Assembly (NCBI GenBank): GCA_037441385.1
Contig: JBBISH010000008.1
Location: 31,040 to 95,039, forward strand
Length of the DNA stretch: 64,000 nucleotides
From: Myxococcales bacterium
Lineage (GTDB): Bacteria > Myxococcota_A > UBA9042
Reading direction: 5' to 3'
Below, piece after piece: positions 58,998-64,000 of this stretch; the first letter of the stretch is position 1, and every line of letters begins with the position of its first letter. The translations under genes were made by a program, and so were the position numbers. The notes beneath the pieces are model-generated. The model searched no databases, was not told the origin of the DNA, and was given only the letters and a program-made list of their open reading frames with translations.

Positions 58998-59720
58998 CTA
59001 CAAGGTGCCAGCCGTAGCGGCCGCGGCGTGGTCCAGGGCCGGCGTGAGCTGTTCGGTCGGCACGAATTCGCCAAAGTATTGATGGGGAAGCACGGCGTAG
59101 CGCCGCATCGCTACCAGCCCGGCGCCGCGGGCCTCGGCTTCGATGGTCTGCGGATCTAGCCGGCGATCGGCGGGAGGCAGCGGAATCGGCTGCCCGGTGG
59201 GGTCGGGCGGTGGCAAGAACTCGATCACCGCCATCCGGCCAGCGGGCGCCAGGCTGAGCTTGAGGGACGCCAAAAGGGTCACCGGGTCAGTCAGTTCACG
59301 GTAACTGTGGAGCATCACTACGCGATCGACCAGATCGGGCAGCGTCGACTCGGTCGCGCTCGCCGCCAGGACCACCACGTTGGCCAAGCCTTCGCGCTGC
59401 ACGCGCTGTCGCAGCTCCGTGAGCAGTTCGGGCTGGATTTCCAGTGCATAGACACGGCCTTCGCTGCCCACGGCCCGCGACAGCCAGGGCAGCAAATACC
59501 CGTTGCCGGCGCCGACATCGGCGACCTTGGCCCCGGGAGCAATGCGCAGCAGATCGATGATTTGGGCGGGCAGTTGCCACACATTTCGGCTCTGCTCGTC
59601 GGCAGTGACCGGCGGCCGCGGCGGGTGAGCTTGGACCGGCCGGCGCGGCGTGCTGCAGCCCAAGGCGGCGAGCAGTGTCGCGAAAAAGACCAGAAGTTTC
59701 AGGCTGATTTGCGGAGGCAT
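58998..59720 (-). CDS. Class I SAM-dependent methyltransferase, putative lipoprotein
   Basis: Lipobox ALGC, VADVGAGNG, VYALEI, LPHQYF. Confidence 0.8.
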   Translation of the reverse strand: MPPQISLKLLVFFATLLAALGCSTPRRPVQAHPPRPPVTADEQSRNVWQLPAQIIDLLRIAPGAKVADVGAGNGYLLPWLSRAVGSEGRVYALEIQPELLTELRQRVQREGLANVVVLAASATESTLPDLVDRVVMLHSYRELTDPVTLLASLKLSLAPAGRMAVIEFLPPPDPTGQPIPLPPADRRLDPQTIEAEARGAGLVAMRRYAVLPHQYFGEFVPTEQLTPALDHAAAATAGTL

Positions 59721-59846
59721 CGGCTCGACTCCTGGCGGCGGCGGCGGCAAGATTGTCGCAGAGGTCTAGCCAGCAACGCAAGGCGAGGGCAATTGATTCG
59801 GCGGTCCCGCTTGCCGCTGCCGACCTGGCTAGGCATCCTGGCGCCC

Positions 59847-62129
59847 ATGGACGAGAGCTTTGCCAGCCCGACCTTGCCGCCGATCGCGGTGGAGCCGCGT
59901 CCGGGAACCGTGGCGCTGCTGGTGCTGCACGCGCAGGCGGGCGAGGACTTTGTGGGCGACACGGCCTTTGCCTGGGTGGCGGGCCAGTTGCGCAGCGCGG
60001 GCGTGGACGCGCGGTTGGTGCATGTCCACTACCCGCGGGGCGACGGCGCTGCGGTCGAACGGCTCAATCGCGAGTTGCTCGCGACCGTGCGCAACTGCAG
60101 CCTGGTGGCTGTGGACCAAGCCTGGGACGAGGCGCTACTGGCGAAAATCCAGCGTGGAGGCGCCTGGTTGTGCGTGGCTGACCCGTTTGCCCAATGGCAG
60201 GCGCTGCGCCCCGAGCTGCTGCTGACCCGCTTTGAACGCGACCGGCGGGCGCTGGTGGCCTTGGCCAAGGTGGTGGTTCAGGGCGGCGATTTGCGGACGA
60301 TCTCCGGTCTGCGCGCGGACTTGCCGGGCTTGCTGACGCCGCTGCGGACCCCCGAACCGCCGCTGTCGCGCGAGGCGGCGCTGCTGCAACCCTTTGTCCC
60401 GGTCACCGACGCGGTGGTCTTGGGCGAGCCGGTGAATCGCGACGGCAGTCGACCGCTTGTGCGTAAAAGTCTAGAGACGACCATGGGTTGCCCATTCAGC
60501 GATCCGATCGCCGCCAACCCGCGCTTTGCGGGTGCGAATTTGGGCGTCGCCGGCACGACCCTGCGCGGTTGTAGCTTTTGCCTGATGGGCGGGGACTATA
60601 CCGCACCGCCGGTCGAGGCGATCTTGCAGGGCTCGGTCGAGCAAGTGCGCTACTGGCAGGACCATTTGCCGGTGCTGGACGAGGTGGTGCTGCGCGATCA
60701 GTCGGCCCTGCGCTACCTGCCGCAGCTGATCGAGCGCCTGCAGGCTGCCGGGCTGCGACCGGCGGGTCTGCTGGTGCCGGGCCGCGGCGACGCCATCCTG
60801 CGCTACGGAGCGGAGTTGCGACGGGCGGCCGAGCTGTGCCATCACAGCGGTTGGTGGTTCACGATCCACCTGATCGGCTTCGAGTCGTTTAGTCAGGCGC
60901 AGCTGGATCTGTACAACAAGGGCGTCACGGTGGCCGAGTATGCCGAGGCGCTGACGCAGATGCGGGCCCTGCATCGGCAATTCCCGCAGGCCTTTCGCCT
61001 GTACGCCCACGGCGCCAGTTCGCTGATTCTGTACAATCCGTGGACGACGCTTGAGGAATTGGCAGAGAACGTGCGCTTTTGCGACGAGCACGCCCTGGGC
61101 CCGCTGGCGCATGGTCTGGCGCTGAGTCGCCTGCGGCTGTATCCCAACCTGCCGCTGTACTGGCTGGCGCGGCGCGATGGGTTGCTGCTGGACGGGGAAG
61201 TCCAAGAGACCAGTCACCTTTCTGCTGGCTACAGCCGCGAGGCCAAGTGGCGTTACCGCGATGCGCGCAGCGAGGCCGTGGAGTGCTTGATGCAGCGGCT
61301 GGCGCCCCGGGCCCGGCCCGAGCATCAGGTGGGGATGCTGGCGGCCGCGCTGCAGTGGGCCCGTGAGCGGTTGGGAGAGGTACCGCTGACCGAGTTGCCG
61401 CTTGGACTGGACGCGGAAATTGGCGCGATCGAAGCGCACTTCTGTGCTCTACAGCGCCACTGGCGGCGCGAGAGGAGCGCGGAGGTTCCGGCGCCCCCTC
61501 AGGCGGCCGCCCGCACGGTGCAGCTAGGACGGTCCTGCAACCAGCACTGCCATAGCTGTGTGGCGGGGCGGGCGGAATTCCAAGACGACGAAGTGAGCTT
61601 GGCCGCGCAGGTGGGGGCGGCGGCGGTTCATGGGCAAGTGGTGCTGGCAGGGCGCGAGCCCACGCTGCTGCCGGGGTTGCTGCGGTTGGTGCGGCTGGCG
61701 CGGCAGAGCGGTGCACGCGACGTGGAACTGCACAGCAATGGCCGGTTCCTGGCGAACCCAGGGGTTGCCGAACGTTTGCGGCGCGCGGGTGTGACGCGGC
61801 TGGCGCTGAAGCGCCATCGCACGGCTGACGCGGATGAGGATGCGGTGGTGGCGGTACAGGGCGCAGGTTCTCAGATTCACTACGCATTTTTGAATGCGGC
61901 GGCGGCTCGGCTGAAAGTGGCGGCGGTGCTCGTGCCGCAGCGGGCAAATTGGAGCGAGCTGCCGGCCCTGATCTCGTGGGCATTGCAGCGCGGCGCCCGC
62001 GAAGTGCGCGTGGAAGTGTTGGCGGCGGAGCTCGACTTTGCACAGCTGCCGGCGGCGGGGCAGTGGCTGGACCGCACCGCCCAAGCCGCCGCCGAGCTGG
62101 GTCTGCCGTTTGAACTTGCTGGTCCTTGA
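59847..62129 (+). CDS. Radical SAM protein with two radical SAM modules
   Basis: GCPF..GCSFC, GFESFS..L..YNKG, ILYNPWT; C-terminal CNQHCHSC, GREPT, SNGR. Confidence 0.75.
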   Translation: MDESFASPTLPPIAVEPRPGTVALLVLHAQAGEDFVGDTAFAWVAGQLRSAGVDARLVHVHYPRGDGAAVERLNRELLATVRNCSLVAVDQAWDEALLAKIQRGGAWLCVADPFAQWQALRPELLLTRFERDRRALVALAKVVVQGGDLRTISGLRADLPGLLTPLRTPEPPLSREAALLQPFVPVTDAVVLGEPVNRDGSRPLVRKSLETTMGCPFSDPIAANPRFAGANLGVAGTTLRGCSFCLMGGDYTAPPVEAILQGSVEQVRYWQDHLPVLDEVVLRDQSALRYLPQLIERLQAAGLRPAGLLVPGRGDAILRYGAELRRAAELCHHSGWWFTIHLIGFESFSQAQLDLYNKGVTVAEYAEALTQMRALHRQFPQAFRLYAHGASSLILYNPWTTLEELAENVRFCDEHALGPLAHGLALSRLRLYPNLPLYWLARRDGLLLDGEVQETSHLSAGYSREAKWRYRDARSEAVECLMQRLAPRARPEHQVGMLAAALQWARERLGEVPLTELPLGLDAEIGAIEAHFCALQRHWRRERSAEVPAPPQAAARTVQLGRSCNQHCHSCVAGRAEFQDDEVSLAAQVGAAAVHGQVVLAGREPTLLPGLLRLVRLARQSGARDVELHSNGRFLANPGVAERLRRAGVTRLALKRHRTADADEDAVVAVQGAGSQIHYAFLNAAAARLKVAAVLVPQRANWSELPALISWALQRGAREVRVEVLAAELDFAQLPAAGQWLDRTAQAAAELGLPFELAGP

Positions 62130-62207
62130 GCGCGCCCCAGGTCTTTGACAACCGCGGCCCGTGTGGCCATGCTGCCCCTGCGGCGCGGTCCTGCGCCCGA
62201 GGTGCCC

Positions 62208-62657
62208 ATGCGCGCGGTGGTCCAGCGGGTCAGCCAGGCCGCGGTGGTGGTGCTGGGGCAGACGGTCGGCGCGATCGACCGCGGTCTGCTGGTGCTGCTG
62301 TCGGTGGGGCAAGACGACGACGACGCGGACCTCGCCTATATGATCGACAAGATTGCGGGATTGCGCATCTTTTCGGACGAGGCCGGCAAGATGAACCTGG
62401 CCGTGAGCGACGTGGGTGGGTCGATCCTGCTGGTCAGCCAGTTTACCCTGCACGGCGACGCCCGGCGCGGCAAACGCCCAAGTTTTACCGCGGCGATGGC
62501 CCCTGAACCGGCGGCCGCGATGGTCGATCGCTGCGCCAGGGCGTGGCGCGACCAGGGTTTGCCGGTGCAGCAGGGCGTCTTTGGCGCGGACATGCAAGTG
62601 AGCCTGTGCAACGATGGCCCAGTGACCATCTTGCTGGATTCCAAGAAGCTTTTCTGA
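62208..62657 (+). CDS. dtd: D-aminoacyl-tRNA deacylase
   Basis: [19 protein letters not shown]. Confidence 0.96.
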   Translation: MRAVVQRVSQAAVVVLGQTVGAIDRGLLVLLSVGQDDDDADLAYMIDKIAGLRIFSDEAGKMNLAVSDVGGSILLVSQFTLHGDARRGKRPSFTAAMAPEPAAAMVDRCARAWRDQGLPVQQGVFGADMQVSLCNDGPVTILLDSKKLF

Positions 62658-62673
62658 GTTCATTGAGGTTGCG

Positions 62674-63594
62674 ATGATCGAGATCCGACACCTGCCCGTG
62701 CGCGGCCACGACGGCACCGAACTGATGGGCTACGACTGCGGCGGCGGCCCCGGGCCGACCTTGGTGCTGGCCAATGGCCTGGGCGGCAACATCGACGCGT
62801 GGCGCTATTTTACGGACTTCTTTGGGCCCAAGCACCGCATCGTGTCGTGGGACTACCGCGGGCTGTACCGCTCGGGCCCGGCCGCCGGCAGCGACTACAG
62901 CGTGGCGACCCATGCTGACGACGGCATCGCGGTGATGGACGCGCTGGGGGTCGACAAGGCGATCTTGGTGGGTTGGTCGATGGGCGTGCAGGTCAGCTTC
63001 GAGATGGTGCGTCGGCACGCCGCGCGCGTCGTTGGTCTGGTGATGATCAACGGCACGTTTGGTCGGCCGCTGGCCACGGCGTTTGCACCGCTGCTCAAGA
63101 CGTCGCCGATCAAACCTTTGATTCCTGCGATCTTGCGTGGACTGGAAGCCGTGGCGTTCTTGGCCGAGCCGGCCCAGCCGTATGCGCAGCGGGTGGTGCA
63201 GATCAAGGCGTCGCTGGCGGTGCTGAAGGCGCTGGGGATGGTGTCGCAGACGCTGGACGACAAGATGTTCGTGGAGCTGGCGACCCAGGTGGCAGGGTTG
63301 AACATGCCGCGCTACATGGCGATTTTGAACTCGCTGGGCGACCACTGCGCCGAGGCGATCCTGCCGCAGATCGACCGGCCGACGCTGATCATCTCGGGCG
63401 ACCGCGACCTGTTCACGCCGGTGCAGCAATCGCGCGAGATGGTGCGGCGGATTCCGGAGGCGGAGCTGCTGGTGATTCCGTCGGGCACGCACTACACGCC
63501 GCTGGAGTTCCCGGAGCTGATCCACCTGCGTGTGCAGAAGTTTTTGCGCGAGCGGCTGGGGTTCGACGGCGAGGCGGTGGTGGCGGGGGCCTAG
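62674..63594 (+). CDS. Alpha/beta hydrolase
   Basis: NGLGG, WDYRG, GWSMG, GDRD, GTH. Confidence 0.9.
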   Translation: MIEIRHLPVRGHDGTELMGYDCGGGPGPTLVLANGLGGNIDAWRYFTDFFGPKHRIVSWDYRGLYRSGPAAGSDYSVATHADDGIAVMDALGVDKAILVGWSMGVQVSFEMVRRHAARVVGLVMINGTFGRPLATAFAPLLKTSPIKPLIPAILRGLEAVAFLAEPAQPYAQRVVQIKASLAVLKALGMVSQTLDDKMFVELATQVAGLNMPRYMAILNSLGDHCAEAILPQIDRPTLIISGDRDLFTPVQQSREMVRRIPEAELLVIPSGTHYTPLEFPELIHLRVQKFLRERLGFDGEAVVAGA

Positions 63595-63874
63595 CCCTGG
63601 AAATGGCTGTGGGGTTTGGGCGGCCCGGCGCTGCGCGCCGTCAGGCTGCGACCGCGGCGTAGCGGCGTCGGGCTGGGAGCGAAGGCCCTGGCGCCGCGGC
63701 GGCGACCCGGCACGCGAAGTTGGTTGAATTTCGGCAACTTGAGAGGTGTGCCGGTCCGCCGCCCTGCGGGTGCGCATCCTTGCCGCAAACGGGGTGCTGC
63801 GCACCCCGACCGGAGGGCGGTGGCCTGGTTGTCGGGCGGCCGGCCGGCGGAAGCACCGATGAATAGCCTGGTCT

Positions 63875-64000
63875 TATACGGTTTCCGTCCAAATCGGCTC
63901 GAAAACTTCGGCAATTCTTCGGGCCCGAACCGGGGTCCCCGCCTGATTCTCGCCGGTTGCAGACCGGGTCAGAGGAACCGTACAGGCGTGAATCAGACGG
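63875..64000 (+). repeat. 136-bp dispersed repeat, copy C (last 10 nt beyond the window)
   Basis: Begins TATACGGTTTCCGTCC and is colinear with copy A. Confidence 0.92.

Overview
Very GC-rich chromosomal segment. The gene content (pilB/pilC/pilS, Glt-like TPR proteins, Cys-rich lipoproteins, DUF4157) suggests a Myxococcota-like deltaproteobacterium, which is an inference. It holds about 52 CDS. Housekeeping genes are dnaJ, gap-pgk-tpiA-secG, dapD, serS, yitJ-type HMT/MTHFR, eno, rpe and dtd. There is also a reduced type IV pilus cluster without pilT/pilR, a GltC-like plus GltD/GltE-like TPR pair, and a GldAFG-type ABC system with a DUF4340 gene. I recognised no rRNA, tRNA, CRISPR array or transposase. 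Most notable: (1) a 136-bp structured, ERIC/MITE-like dispersed repeat in three intergenic copies; (2) a candidate orphan contractile-injection cargo module, made of an Afp15/Pvc15-like AAA+ ATPase, a catalytically degenerate paralogue, and a DUF4157 protein followed by a small membrane protein; (3) a signal-less PG-binding/Tae4 amidase with no adjacent immunity gene; (4) a radical SAM protein with both CX26CX2C and CX3CX2C motifs; (5) Ser-less pseudo-hydrolases. All family calls come from reading motifs by eye, not from database searches. Several starts were moved downstream of the ORF-track starts.
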